Assembly (NCBI GenBank): GCA_964590225.1 | Contig: CAZPWS010000003.1 | Span: forward strand, 75,899-139,898 | Source: an uncultured Fibrobacterota bacterium | Lineage (GTDB): Bacteria > Fibrobacterota > OXYB2-FULL-49-7 > JAEUSG01 | Length of the DNA: 64,000 nucleotides | Direction of reading: 5' to 3' | In this document: positions 1 to 9,664 of the stretch, in pieces | Layout: the number at the start of each line of letters is the position of its first letter | Numbering within the stretch: position 1 is the first letter of the stretch | Notes under the pieces: generated by a model | Database searches by the model: none | Seen by the model: the letters and a program-made list of their open reading frames with translations, nothing else | What the model was told of the DNA's origin: nothing | Program-made: the position numbers and the translations under genes

Positions 1-2
1 AG

Positions 3-143
3 GCATATACAGTTATGTCTGCCAAATACACTATTGGAGGGGTGTCGGGTGCGCTTGGGGTAATTGGTCCGAGGCGGTTGGAGTATCCAAAAATTATTCC
101 TATGGTTGATTACGCAGCTCAAATGATGTCTAAAAAGTTCTGA
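3..143 (+). CDS. hrcA: Heat-inducible transcription repressor HrcA, C-terminal fragment (5' end outside window)
   Basis: Frame 3 translates to ...GGVSGALGVIGPRRLEYPKIIPMVDYAAQMMSKKF*, which matches the conserved HrcA C-terminus. It sits immediately upstream of grpE-dnaK-dnaJ, the classic hrcA-grpE-dnaK-dnaJ operon arrangement. Confidence 0.7.
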   Translation, partial: AYTVMSAKYTIGGVSGALGVIGPRRLEYPKIIPMVDYAAQMMSKKF

Positions 144-184
144 AAACTAAATTCTTGCACTATAACCAACAGGAGATTTACGAA

Positions 185-736
185 ATGGACAATGAGGAAA
201 AAAAAGAAGAGGCAACAACTGCTGATACCGTAGATAATATTGCTACTCTTTCTCCGGACGAAAAAGTTAACCAACTTGAACAGACTGTTAAAAACTTGGA
301 AGATGAGGTGCAGGGTTTAAAGGATAGTAAGCTTAGGCTCCTCGCTGAATTTGATAACTTTAAGAGGAGGACGGCTAAAGAATCCGTCCGGATGGTGGAA
401 TTCGCCAACGAAGGCTTGATAAAAACACTACTTCCGGTTCTTGAGAATTTTGAAAGAGCACTCGATCCCACACACAAAGAGAGTGACATAGACGCCTTTT
501 ACAAGGGTGTTGAAATGATTTATAAGGGTTTTTATGAGGCATTGAAGAAAGTGGGGGTTGAAGAGGTAAATCCGATTGGGGAGGAGTTTGATTCAGAAAA
601 GCATGAAGCGATAATGCAGGTTGAGTCGGCCGATGTGCCCGAGCACCATATTGCGCTTGTTATGCAAAAGGGCTATAAAATTGGCGAAAAGATGGTTCAA
701 TATGCAAAGGTTGCTGTTTCAAAAGGAAACACATAA
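185..736 (+). CDS. grpE: Nucleotide exchange factor GrpE
   Basis: The translation has GrpE hallmarks (coiled-coil N-terminus, FDNFKRR..., C-terminal beta domain). I prefer the ATG at 185, preceded by AGGAG at 171-175, over the TTG at 155 used in the ORF track. Confidence 0.9.
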   Translation: MDNEEKKEEATTADTVDNIATLSPDEKVNQLEQTVKNLEDEVQGLKDSKLRLLAEFDNFKRRTAKESVRMVEFANEGLIKTLLPVLENFERALDPTHKESDIDAFYKGVEMIYKGFYEALKKVGVEEVNPIGEEFDSEKHEAIMQVESADVPEHHIALVMQKGYKIGEKMVQYAKVAVSKGNT

Positions 737-789
737 AGCTTTATAGTTCTTGCTACTATTTGTAACTAATTGTATTATCAAGTAGATAC

Positions 790-816
790 GCCGCTTATAA
801 TAGCGGCTTTTTTTTT
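790..816 (+). terminator. Rho-independent terminator between grpE and dnaK
   Basis: GCCGCT-TATAAT-AGCGGC hairpin (6-bp GC-rich stem) followed by a run of nine T. Confidence 0.6.
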
Positions 817-881
817 GCTTACCAATGTTGTTCAAGTTTAATTAGTTTTTAAATGCGAATCAAAATTTAAGGAGTTTCAAA

Positions 882-2858
882 ATGGGTAAAGTAATTGGAA
901 TTGATTTAGGAACTACCAACTCTTGCGTTTCTATAATGGAAGCTGGTGAACCTAAGGTTATTGTTAATGCTGAGGGTAACAGGACAACACCGTCGGTAAT
1001 AGGTTTTTCAAAAAATGGTGAAATACTTGTGGGACAGACTGCAAAAAGGCAGGCGGTAACAAATCCTGAGAACACCATATACTCCATAAAGCGTTTTATG
1101 GGAAGGCGACACAGCGAAGTGGATCAGGAAGAGAAAATTGTACCGTACAAGATTACTGGTGGGTCGAATGAGCTTGTCAAGGTTTTTACAAACGGGAAAG
1201 AGTACACACCGCCTGAGCTTTCAGCGATGATTCTTCAAAAGATGAAAAAGACTGCGGAAGATTATCTTGGTCATGAAATAACTCAGGCTGTTGTTACCGT
1301 TCCTGCCTATTTCAATGATGCACAACGGCAGGCTACAAAGGATGCTGGCCGTATTGCCGGACTTGATGTGCTTCGAATCGTCAACGAACCGACAGCGGCT
1401 GCTCTCGCTTATGGTCTCGACAAAAAAAAGAAAAACGAAATTGTGGCGATATACGATTTTGGTGGTGGCACATTTGATATCTCCATTCTTGAAATTGGCG
1501 ATGGCGTATTTGAAGTAAAGTCAACAAATGGCGACACCCATCTTGGTGGGGACGATCTCGATCAGGTTTTGATAGATCATCTTGCACTTGAGTTTCAGAA
1601 AGAGAACGGAATAGATTTACGAAAAGATAGAATTGCGTTGCAGCGTCTTAAAGAGGCAGCCGAGAGGGCAAAAATTGAGCTCTCTTCTTCAATGAGTACT
1701 AATGTTAATCTTCCTTTCATAACGGCAGATGCTTCGGGGCCGAAACACTTGGATCTTACCCTTACCCGTGCCCGTTTTGAACAGCTTATAGCGCCTATAG
1801 TCGAAAAGTCGGTGCAGCCGTGCATGCAGGCGATAAAGGATGCCGGCGTATCGGTTTCTCAAATTTCCGAAGTACTGCTTGTCGGCGGTTCTACCCGTGT
1901 TCCGCTTATTCAACAGAAAGTAAAGGAAATTTTCGGTAAAGAACCCAACAAGAGCCTGAATCCTGATGAAGTAGTGGCAATAGGCGCGGGCGTTCAGGGT
2001 GCAATTCTTGCGGGCGATGAAGCGGTGAAGGATGTATTGCTGCTTGATATAACGCCTCTTTCGCTTGGAATAGAGACTCTTGGCGGAGTAATGACAAAGC
2101 TGATTGATAAGGGAACAACCATACCAACAAAGAAAAGTCAGGTTTTTTCGACTGCTGACGATAATCAGACTGCTGTGTCAATTCATGTGCTTCAGGGTGA
2201 AAGGGAGATGGCAAAGTATAACAGAACTCTTGGAAGGTTCGATCTCATTGGAATTCCCCCTGCGCCAAGAGGCGTACCGCAGATTGAGGTAACTTTTGAT
2301 ATTGATGCCAATGGTATAGTGAATGTGTCCGCGAAGGATATGGCGACCGGAAAGGAGCATAAAATCCGCATTGAGGCAAGTTCAGGCTTGTCCGAGCAGG
2401 AGATACAGCGTATGGTCAAGGATGCAGAGGCGCATGCGGCTGAGGATAAAAAGATGCGCGAGGCTGTTGACGCTAAGAATAAGGCCGAACAGCTAATATT
2501 TGCAACCGAAAAGGCAGTCAAGGAGTACGGCGATAAAGTTAGCGACGAAGAAAAAAAGAAAATTGAAGAGGCGATAGCAAAGTTAAAAGAGGCCGTTAAG
2601 GGCGAAAGTGTTGAGGCAATAAATAAGGGTGTTGAAGAATTGTCTCAGGCGGCGCATAAAATTTCCGAGGAGATGTATAAGGCGGCGCAGTCTGCTGCTG
2701 GTGGAGCTCAAGGAGGGGGTGCGGCGCAAGGCGCTCCAGGGGCGCAGGCAAATGGCGGTCCAACAGGTGAAGCTTCTGGCGGAGCTTCTTCTCAGGGCGG
2801 TGGAAAATCAGACAAAAATGATGGAGCCGTTGATGCCGACTTTGAGGTTGTAAAGTAA
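882..2858 (+). CDS. dnaK: Molecular chaperone DnaK (Hsp70)
   Basis: 658 aa. The N-terminus is [15 protein letters not shown], with DLGGGTFD and the full Hsp70 ATPase and substrate-binding domains and a Gly-rich C-terminal tail. AAGGAG RBS at 869-874. Confidence 0.97.
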   Translation: MGKVIGIDLGTTNSCVSIMEAGEPKVIVNAEGNRTTPSVIGFSKNGEILVGQTAKRQAVTNPENTIYSIKRFMGRRHSEVDQEEKIVPYKITGGSNELVKVFTNGKEYTPPELSAMILQKMKKTAEDYLGHEITQAVVTVPAYFNDAQRQATKDAGRIAGLDVLRIVNEPTAAALAYGLDKKKKNEIVAIYDFGGGTFDISILEIGDGVFEVKSTNGDTHLGGDDLDQVLIDHLALEFQKENGIDLRKDRIALQRLKEAAERAKIELSSSMSTNVNLPFITADASGPKHLDLTLTRARFEQLIAPIVEKSVQPCMQAIKDAGVSVSQISEVLLVGGSTRVPLIQQKVKEIFGKEPNKSLNPDEVVAIGAGVQGAILAGDEAVKDVLLLDITPLSLGIETLGGVMTKLIDKGTTIPTKKSQVFSTADDNQTAVSIHVLQGEREMAKYNRTLGRFDLIGIPPAPRGVPQIEVTFDIDANGIVNVSAKDMATGKEHKIRIEASSGLSEQEIQRMVKDAEAHAAEDKKMREAVDAKNKAEQLIFATEKAVKEYGDKVSDEEKKKIEEAIAKLKEAVKGESVEAINKGVEELSQAAHKISEEMYKAAQSAAGGAQGGGAAQGAPGAQANGGPTGEASGGASSQGGGKSDKNDGAVDADFEVVK

Positions 2859-2861
2859 TAG

Positions 2862-4022
2862 ATGGCAACCAAACGAGATTACTACGAAATACTTGGAATT
2901 TCAAAAGATGCGGACGCGGACACCATAAAGTCCGCGTATCGCAAACTTGCTGTCCAGTACCACCCCGATAAAAACAAAGGAAATAAAGAGGCCGAAGAAA
3001 AGTTTAAAGAGGCTTCTGAGGCGTACGAAGTTCTCAAGGATCCTGCCAAACGGAAGCAGTACGATCAGTTCGGTCATTCAGCCTTTTCGCAAGGAGGGGG
3101 TTACGGTGGTGGGTTTCGAGGATTTCAGGACTTCGACCTTTCCGATGCGCTCCGCTCCTTTATGAATGATTTTGGTGGAGATTCATTCTTTTCCGATTTC
3201 TTTGGTGGAGGAGGCAGAAGAAGGGGTGGTCGGGGTGGTGGAGCACCAGCCGGAAGAGATCTTCAGGTAAGGCTCACTCTTACGCTTGAGGAAATAGCGA
3301 CCGGTGTATCTAAAAAGATCAAGTACAAAAAGATGGAAAAATGTCCGGACTGCGGCGGCTCGGGCGGGTCCGGTATTCAAAGTTGTTCACAGTGTGGTGG
3401 CTCGGGACAAGTTCGCAGGGTTTCAAATTCAATTTTTGGACAAATGGTTAATGTCGTTGTTTGTCCAGCTTGTCAGGGACAAGGACAGACAGTGAGCAAT
3501 AAGTGCCGAACATGTGGAGGAGAGGGGCGTAAACAGGTAGAAACAACTGTTTCGGTAAATATTCCGGCTGGCGTTGCCGAGGGCAATTACATCCCTCTTA
3601 AGGGTATGGGGGATGCCGGACCTAATGGTGGGCCGGCTGGTGACCTTATAGTTCTTGTTGAAGAGGAGTCGCACAAAGTGTTCGATCGTCATGGCCACGA
3701 TCTTGTAACAGAGCTTGCAATTACAGCCCCACAGGCAGCTATCGGTGACACCGTTGTTATGAATACCCTTGAAGGGAAAATTAAGCTTACAATTCCGGCG
3801 GGTACACAGTCTGAATCTGTTCTCAGGTTGCGTGAGAAGGGGTTGCCGGAGGTAAATAATAACAGAAATCGAGGCGATATACTTGTTAAAATACATGTCG
3901 CTGTACCGGAAAGATTGTCTTCTGAAGAAAAGGAGTTGTACCGAAAATTAATGGAGATCGACTCAAAAAAGGGGTCGGGGAATCCTCTTTTTAGAAAGGT
4001 AAGGCAGTGGTTTGAATCGTGA
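2862..4022 (+). CDS. dnaJ: Molecular chaperone DnaJ
   Basis: J-domain ([12 protein letters not shown]...HPDKN), G/F-rich linker, four CxxCxGxG zinc-finger repeats and a C-terminal substrate domain. Confidence 0.95.
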   Translation: MATKRDYYEILGISKDADADTIKSAYRKLAVQYHPDKNKGNKEAEEKFKEASEAYEVLKDPAKRKQYDQFGHSAFSQGGGYGGGFRGFQDFDLSDALRSFMNDFGGDSFFSDFFGGGGRRRGGRGGGAPAGRDLQVRLTLTLEEIATGVSKKIKYKKMEKCPDCGGSGGSGIQSCSQCGGSGQVRRVSNSIFGQMVNVVVCPACQGQGQTVSNKCRTCGGEGRKQVETTVSVNIPAGVAEGNYIPLKGMGDAGPNGGPAGDLIVLVEEESHKVFDRHGHDLVTELAITAPQAAIGDTVVMNTLEGKIKLTIPAGTQSESVLRLREKGLPEVNNNRNRGDILVKIHVAVPERLSSEEKELYRKLMEIDSKKGSGNPLFRKVRQWFES

Positions 4023-5391
4023 AGTGCAGAATTCCCTTGAACAATCAGGGGACAAGAAAATACTCTTTATCCATTGTGGTGAAATTAACGACGAAATTGC
4101 AGTAGTCTCTGCTGTGCCTGGTTTTTCGGTGTTAAAGGCAGCCGATTCTCAGTCTGCGCTCAAAATACTAACGAAAGAGAAAATACGGATAGTTGTTCTT
4201 GATGTTAGCCGCTCATGTGAAAAAGGTGTCGATCTCATCTCGTATATAAAAGTAAACCTATCCGGATGCGAAATAATTGTCCTTGCAGAAATTGCGGATA
4301 TTGAACTTGCTACCCGTGCTATTAAACAGGGCGCGTATCTTTATCTTGTAAAACCCATAAAGCCCGATGACTTAAGAACGGTTATAGAGAAAGTTTCGCT
4401 TCGACAGGAAAAAGAGCTAAAATATCTTGAATCGCAAACAAGGCTGATGCATGACCTTGTTGGCGGTAATGAAAAAATGGCGCGGTCAATTGCGCTTGCC
4501 AATAAAGTTGCGAGAACGGATAGCACAATACTCATTACCGGCGAAAGCGGTTCTGGTAAAGAGGTTTTTGCAAGATACATACACATGAAAAGCAAAAGGG
4601 CCGACGGTCCTTTTGTGGCGGTTAACTGTGGAGCGTTGCCCGAAAATCTTGTGGAGTCGGAGCTTTTTGGCCATGCGAAGGGGGCGTTTACTGGCGCTGT
4701 TTACGCAAAAAGAGGTTTGATTGAAGAAGCAAATCAAGGCACCCTTTTTCTTGATGAGGTTGGTGAGTTGTTGCCGTCTGCACAGGTAAAGCTACTCCGC
4801 TTTTTGCAGGATACTACCGTTCGTCCTGTAGGTAGTAACGATGAAAAGGTTGTGGATGTCAGGATTATGGCAGCAACAAATAGGGATCTCGCTCTTTCTG
4901 TCCGAGATGGGGCGTTTCGGGAGGATCTTTTTTATCGGCTCAATGTTATCCATATTGCCCTTCCGCCATTAAGAGAGCGAAAAGAAAATATCGCAAAGCT
5001 TGCTGCATTTTTTACTGTAAAATATTCAACCCAGCTCGAAAAGAGTCCGCCGGTTATGGACCCTCATGTACTTGCTATTTTACAAAACTACTCGTTTCCT
5101 GGAAATATCCGTGAACTTGAGAACATTATTGAACGGGCGGTTATATTGTCCGAAAATGGAGTTATTAGTCCCGACGACCTGCCGCCGAATATTCTTCAAA
5201 ATCGGCCAATGATTGCCGCTTCAACTGGCAATGAGGTGGAGGAAGAGTTGTTGAGTCTCGCTGAATTGGAAAAACGGCATATTGAGCGGGTGCTACAAAA
5301 GTTAAATTATAATCAGTCTCTTGCCTCTCGCCAACTTGGGTTGTCTCGCACTACGCTTTGGCGGAAAATGAAAGAGCATAAACTATCATAA
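4012..5391 (+). CDS. Sigma-54-dependent Fis-family transcriptional regulator with an atypical N-terminal receiver-like domain
   Basis: AAA+ sigma-54 interaction domain (ESGSGKE Walker A, GAFTGA motif, arginine finger region) and a C-terminal Fis-type HTH. The N-terminal CheY-like fold lacks the usual DD acid pair (HCGE instead). It has a TTG start and overlaps the dnaJ stop by 11 nt. Confidence 0.85.
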   Translation: MNREVQNSLEQSGDKKILFIHCGEINDEIAVVSAVPGFSVLKAADSQSALKILTKEKIRIVVLDVSRSCEKGVDLISYIKVNLSGCEIIVLAEIADIELATRAIKQGAYLYLVKPIKPDDLRTVIEKVSLRQEKELKYLESQTRLMHDLVGGNEKMARSIALANKVARTDSTILITGESGSGKEVFARYIHMKSKRADGPFVAVNCGALPENLVESELFGHAKGAFTGAVYAKRGLIEEANQGTLFLDEVGELLPSAQVKLLRFLQDTTVRPVGSNDEKVVDVRIMAATNRDLALSVRDGAFREDLFYRLNVIHIALPPLRERKENIAKLAAFFTVKYSTQLEKSPPVMDPHVLAILQNYSFPGNIRELENIIERAVILSENGVISPDDLPPNILQNRPMIAASTGNEVEEELLSLAELEKRHIERVLQKLNYNQSLASRQLGLSRTTLWRKMKEHKLS

Positions 5392-5410
5392 TTAAACAGA
5401 GGAACTTTTT

Positions 5411-6331
5411 ATGAAGTACCTTATAACGGGTGGGTGCGGCTTTATTGGTTCGCATATTGCCGAAGCTTTGGTTGGCGAGGGTCATTCGGTAACTATTTAC
5501 GATAATCTCTCTTCAGGTTACGAAAAGAATATCTCTTCTTTCAGGGAAAAGGTGAAATTTGTCAAAGCCGATATTCGTGATCTTGACACTCTATATAGGG
5601 AGAGTGTTGGAATGGATTATATCTTTCACGAGGCGGCTCTTGTTTCTGTATTTGAATCTGTTGAACGCCCTTTTGTAAATAATGAAGTTAATATCTCAGG
5701 AATGTTGAATGTGCTTTCCGCAGCTCGTATGAATGGAGTAAAAAGGGTTGTTGTCGCGAGTTCCGCTGCTGTTTATGGCAACAATCCAGCACTTCCTAAA
5801 ACGGAAGATATGTTGCCCGAACCTGAATCACCATACGCAGTTGGTAAAATAACAGATGAGTACTATATGAGAATTTTCTCAAGGTTATATGGCGTTGAGA
5901 CCGTCTGTTTGAGGTATTTCAATGTATATGGACCACGACAAGATCCTACATCCATGTATTCAGGTGTTATATCAAAATTCTCTGATGCCTTGAAAAGTGG
6001 AAAGGTGCCTTTAATTTTTGGCGATGGGGAGCAAACAAGGGATTTTGTCTATGTTGCTGATATTGTCAAGGCTAACCTACTCGCCATGCGTTCCGACAAA
6101 GTTGGAAAGGGCGAAGTTTTTAATATCGCAACAGGAAACACGGTTTCACTATTGCAATTGCTTGCAGTTATGGGCAATATTATGGGCGTAGAGGTTAAGC
6201 CGGAATTCCGTGAGGCAAGAACTGGTGATATACGGCACAGCAGCGCTTCCGTAGAGAAGGCTGCAAAAATATTGTTGTTTAAGCCGGATTATAACATTGA
6301 AATGGGATTAAAAAAACTTCTCGAAAGGTAA
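5411..6331 (+). CDS. NAD-dependent epimerase/dehydratase (UDP-sugar 4-epimerase family, GalE/WbpP-like)
   Basis: N-terminal GGCGFIGSH Rossmann motif and the YxxxK catalytic region (SPYAVGK). Length 306 aa, typical of extended SDR sugar epimerases. Confidence 0.85.
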   Translation: MKYLITGGCGFIGSHIAEALVGEGHSVTIYDNLSSGYEKNISSFREKVKFVKADIRDLDTLYRESVGMDYIFHEAALVSVFESVERPFVNNEVNISGMLNVLSAARMNGVKRVVVASSAAVYGNNPALPKTEDMLPEPESPYAVGKITDEYYMRIFSRLYGVETVCLRYFNVYGPRQDPTSMYSGVISKFSDALKSGKVPLIFGDGEQTRDFVYVADIVKANLLAMRSDKVGKGEVFNIATGNTVSLLQLLAVMGNIMGVEVKPEFREARTGDIRHSSASVEKAAKILLFKPDYNIEMGLKKLLER

Positions 6332-6339
6332 AAAGAGCT

Positions 6340-7122
6340 ATGGCACCGAAAGAGGCAAAACTGATTAAAGCATACGATAACCCCGAATTTTTACATGGTC
6401 ATGAAGCGCGTTATTTAAGGGTTTTAGCTGAGTTTATCGATCCCGAAGCCCGTTTTAAAAAGGCTGGAATAAAAAATACGATTGTTATGTTTGGTTCCGC
6501 CCGTTCCGTAAGTGTAAAGGAGTGTCGCAAACGAAAACCGTTAAGGGGAGAGTTGTTTAGTAAATGTATGAATGTTTCTAACGCATACGATGCTTGTGTT
6601 GAACTATCCAAGAGAATTACAGAGTGGTCAAATAACATAAAAAATCCGGAACAGAGATTTTATATTTGTTCCGGTGGAGGTCCGGGCATGATGGAAGCTG
6701 CTAATAAAGGCGCGTACCTTGGAAAAGCTCCCACCATTGGGTTAAATATAAGCTTGCCGTTCGAACAGCACCCGAATCCTTATATTACGCCTGAACTCTG
6801 CATGGAGTTTCACTATTTCTTTGTCAGAAAATTCTTTTTTCTTTATTACGCTAAGGCTTTAGTAGCTTTCCCAGGGGGATTTGGTACCTTTGATGAGGTT
6901 TTTGAGTTGCTAACGCTTATCCAAACAAAAAAGATTGGAAAGAAGGTACCAATCGTCCTTTTTGATAGCCAATTCTGGAATGAGGTGGTTAATTTTAAGT
7001 CGCTTGTAGAATACGGTGTTATCGGACCTGAAGATCTGAAACTTTTCAGGATTATCGATTCGGTTGATGAGGCGTTTGATTATATCACATCCGAATTGGA
7101 AAAAAATTTGAAACTTAAATAA
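6340..7122 (+). CDS. LOG-family protein (TIGR00730 / lysine-decarboxylase-like nucleotide 5'-monophosphate nucleosidase)
   Basis: GGGPGMMEAANKGA and PGGFGTFDE motifs characteristic of the LOG family. It has an N-terminal extension of ~60 aa. Confidence 0.8.
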   Translation: MAPKEAKLIKAYDNPEFLHGHEARYLRVLAEFIDPEARFKKAGIKNTIVMFGSARSVSVKECRKRKPLRGELFSKCMNVSNAYDACVELSKRITEWSNNIKNPEQRFYICSGGGPGMMEAANKGAYLGKAPTIGLNISLPFEQHPNPYITPELCMEFHYFFVRKFFFLYYAKALVAFPGGFGTFDEVFELLTLIQTKKIGKKVPIVLFDSQFWNEVVNFKSLVEYGVIGPEDLKLFRIIDSVDEAFDYITSELEKNLKLK

Positions 7123-7189
7123 AAGTGTTGTGTTTTTGGTTGATTGATTATATATCTTAAATGGTGGCGCTTTAATCGCTTAAATAAAT

Positions 7190-7696
7190 ATGCAGAATAT
7201 TCGTAAAACTATGTCATCTCAAAAACAGAATAGGAAATTGAGAGTTCTTTGTGCAGACGACGAACCAGCGATTTTGGATCTTTTTAAAGAATTTCTAGAA
7301 TCAAGCGGTTGTGTTGTAACGGTTACATCAAATGGTTCTGAAGCGTATCAGGCTAACCGTCAGTGCTCTTATGATCTTGTAATACTTGATGTTAATATGC
7401 CGGTAATGTCTGGATACGAAGCTATTCGTGCCATTAGAGAAAGAAATCTTGGTGCATATATACTGCTTATATCCGGCGTTGTTGACCATAGCGAACTTGC
7501 CTCCGCTCTTGATAACGGTGCTGATGCGGTAATGAAAAAACCATTTACCCTTTCGACTCTGGCGGAGCATCTTGCTGCCGCAGAGAACAAAGTCTATGGA
7601 AAAAGCGGCAAGCTCTCTGCCGAAATGAGACCAGTTGAAAAAAAGCCCCTCTTGAAAAGGATTTTTGAGCGTGTTTCGGGAGCCGCCAGCAAGTAA
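7190..7696 (+). CDS. Stand-alone response regulator receiver protein (CheY-like)
   Basis: The phospho-acceptor region is LCADDEPAIL...VILDVNMP...KKPF (D, D, T/S, K positions intact). There is no DNA-binding output domain. Confidence 0.85.
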   Translation: MQNIRKTMSSQKQNRKLRVLCADDEPAILDLFKEFLESSGCVVTVTSNGSEAYQANRQCSYDLVILDVNMPVMSGYEAIRAIRERNLGAYILLISGVVDHSELASALDNGADAVMKKPFTLSTLAEHLAAAENKVYGKSGKLSAEMRPVEKKPLLKRIFERVSGAASK

Positions 7697-7771
7697 AACA
7701 GATTTTGCCACTTTCCTATCGAATTAATTATTTTTACCCGATTGGTTTTTTTAATCGGAGACGAAGGATAG

Positions 7772-9664
7772 TTGGCTAATTTGTTGATTTTATTTGTTTC
7801 TCTTGGCGTGGTTGCTGGCATTGCTTCAATGGTTGCGACTCCGTTTGTTATTGGTCTTGCAAAGAAACTTGATGTTCTGGATAAGCCTGGTACAAGAAAG
7901 ATTCATCTTCGGACAATTCCGAGGATGGGTGGGCTGGCTGTTTTTTTTGGAATGGTTGTGAGTTTTGTCTTTCTTGGTATATACGACAGTGCTTATTTTA
8001 CCGACATCTTTATCGAAAGAAAATACCTGTATATTGTCATTGGGGCAGTTGCAATGATGATTCTTGGTATGGTTGACGATAAAGTTGGACTTAACGCTAA
8101 GGTCAAATTCTTAGTTCAAATAGCTGTCGCTGTTTTTGTAATTGCGCATGGCCTCAGAATCGAACGGATAACCAACCCTTTTGGCGAGCCATTTGAACTT
8201 GGGCATCTTGCGTACCCAGTCACATTATTATGGATTGTTGGGGTTACTAACGCCATAAATCTTTCCGATGGGCTTGATGGGCTTGCATCGGGAATAAGTC
8301 TTATTGTTTCAGTTACTATGTTTGCTGTTTCTTACACCACGGGTGTCAAGCCGGGAATGCTGGTTATATCTGCCATTCTTACGGGGGCGCTACTCGGTTT
8401 TCTTAAGTATAATTTTAATCCGGCAAGGATATTCATGGGCGACACAGGCAGTCTCTTTGTCGGTTTTTTACTAGCTACGCTTTCTATAAAGGGGGCGCTA
8501 ATTAGTTCAACGACTGTATCAATTTTAATTCCCGTAATAGCCCTTGGAGTTCCGATAATCGACACACTTTTTTCTATGGTAAGGAGGATGGCATCAGGGA
8601 AAAACCCATTTGCGGCGGATCGGAATCATTTTCACCACCGCCTGCTGTCGTATGGTTTTACCCAAAAACAGGCAGTATTTGTAATTTATGCAGTTTGCGT
8701 TATTTTTGGGGTAATAGCTTTTATTATGGCTGCCGCCCAGAGCGAACTTGCGGCTGTACTTCTTATTATTTTCAGTATTATTATTTTTACCGGCATAAAA
8801 AGGCTCGGCTATATTGAAGGGTTTCTTGTCAAGCTCAAACAGGAACGGTACAGGCAAAAGCGAAGAATGTACAAAGCACTTTATCTGCAGCCATCTGCCT
8901 CGCAGCCTACATGGTTTCGTATTGCCTCTAAAAAAGGTGTTTTGGAGCTTCTCATTGATCTTGTAATAATTGTTTTTTCTCTTTGTATAACAAGATATGT
9001 TTTTGACGAAGGATTTGATGCGTCTAATGGTGTTTTCCTATCGCAAATAGCCGTTATTGCTGCGTGTAGCTATGCCTCCTTTTTCATGTTTGGTTACTAT
9101 AGGGAAATGTGGCGATATATTTCGCTGGATTCCATAGGTAAGTATGTTAAGGGCGTCACTGTTGCGATTATTGCCTCGTATTTTGCCATGGCTTTTGGCG
9201 GTCCTCATATGTGGATGTCTGTAAAACATTTCGTTGTTCTTTGGCTCGTAATGATGTTTTTCGTAAGTTCTTCCCGACTCATATACAATTTTTACGCTAC
9301 ATACCAGAAGAGAGAATTGACAAAGGCGGGGGGGGGAGAAAAGCTATTGATTTATGGCGCTGGTGACCGTGGAGAAGTGCTGCTCTCTGCTCTTATAAAA
9401 GAAGACCTACTTAATTTTAAGCCCATTGGATTTATTGACGACGACCCCAATAAAAGTAATAGAGAAATACAGGGCTATAAGGTTTTTGGCGGCATTAATA
9501 TTCTTGAAGATGTTGTTGTGGAGCATAGTGTGAAGAGAATTGTTGTTTCATCGCCCTATATTAACGGCCATAGGGAAGGCACACTTAAGGATATTTGCAG
9601 GCGCCGGAGTGTTTCTTTGTGTCACTTCAAAATCCAACTAGATCCGGTAAAAATTGATAGTTAG
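7772..9664 (+). CDS. Glycosyltransferase family 4 polyprenyl-phosphate sugar-1-phosphate transferase (WecA/MraY family), fused to a C-terminal Rossmann-like domain
   Basis: Eleven TM helices carrying the MraY/WecA motifs (DDKxGL, NAINLSDGLDGLASG, FMGDTGS). The C-terminal ~250 aa reads LIYGAGDRGEVLLSAL...IGFIDDDP...RIVVSSP, which resembles the N-terminal NAD/CoA-binding-like domain of CapD/WbaP-type sugar transferases. Confidence 0.85.
   Translation: MANLLILFVSLGVVAGIASMVATPFVIGLAKKLDVLDKPGTRKIHLRTIPRMGGLAVFFGMVVSFVFLGIYDSAYFTDIFIERKYLYIVIGAVAMMILGMVDDKVGLNAKVKFLVQIAVAVFVIAHGLRIERITNPFGEPFELGHLAYPVTLLWIVGVTNAINLSDGLDGLASGISLIVSVTMFAVSYTTGVKPGMLVISAILTGALLGFLKYNFNPARIFMGDTGSLFVGFLLATLSIKGALISSTTVSILIPVIALGVPIIDTLFSMVRRMASGKNPFAADRNHFHHRLLSYGFTQKQAVFVIYAVCVIFGVIAFIMAAAQSELAAVLLIIFSIIIFTGIKRLGYIEGFLVKLKQERYRQKRRMYKALYLQPSASQPTWFRIASKKGVLELLIDLVIIVFSLCITRYVFDEGFDASNGVFLSQIAVIAACSYASFFMFGYYREMWRYISLDSIGKYVKGVTVAIIASYFAMAFGGPHMWMSVKHFVVLWLVMMFFVSSSRLIYNFYATYQKRELTKAGGGEKLLIYGAGDRGEVLLSALIKEDLLNFKPIGFIDDDPNKSNREIQGYKVFGGINILEDVVVEHSVKRIVVSSPYINGHREGTLKDICRRRSVSLCHFKIQLDPVKIDS

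Noticed and set aside
155-184. TTG start at 155 for grpE as used in the ORF track
   Set aside because: The ATG at 185 has a well-placed AGGAG Shine-Dalgarno sequence (171-175). The extra 10 codons from 155 have no support and begin only 12 nt after the hrcA stop.
1291-2904. Cluster of 60-110-aa ORFs on both strands inside dnaK (for example 1595-1825, 1906-2214 and 2192-2521 on the minus strand)
   Set aside because: They lie entirely within the strongly supported dnaK reading frame. They have low-complexity, Arg/Ser-rich translations typical of antisense artefacts, and there is no RBS or promoter context.
7165-7179. Sigma-54-like motif TGGCGC-TTTAA-TCGC upstream of the CheY-like gene
   Set aside because: It has correct GG-N10-GC spacing but mismatches at two conserved positions (A to G in the -24 box, TTGC to TCGC in the -12 box). 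It also ends only ~11 nt before the ATG, leaving no room for a leader, so it is a weak candidate only.
7729-7752. CCGATTGG-TTTTTTT-AATCGG element after the response-regulator gene
   Set aside because: The T-run lies in the loop rather than after the stem, so it is not a canonical terminator. It is possibly a weak structural element only.
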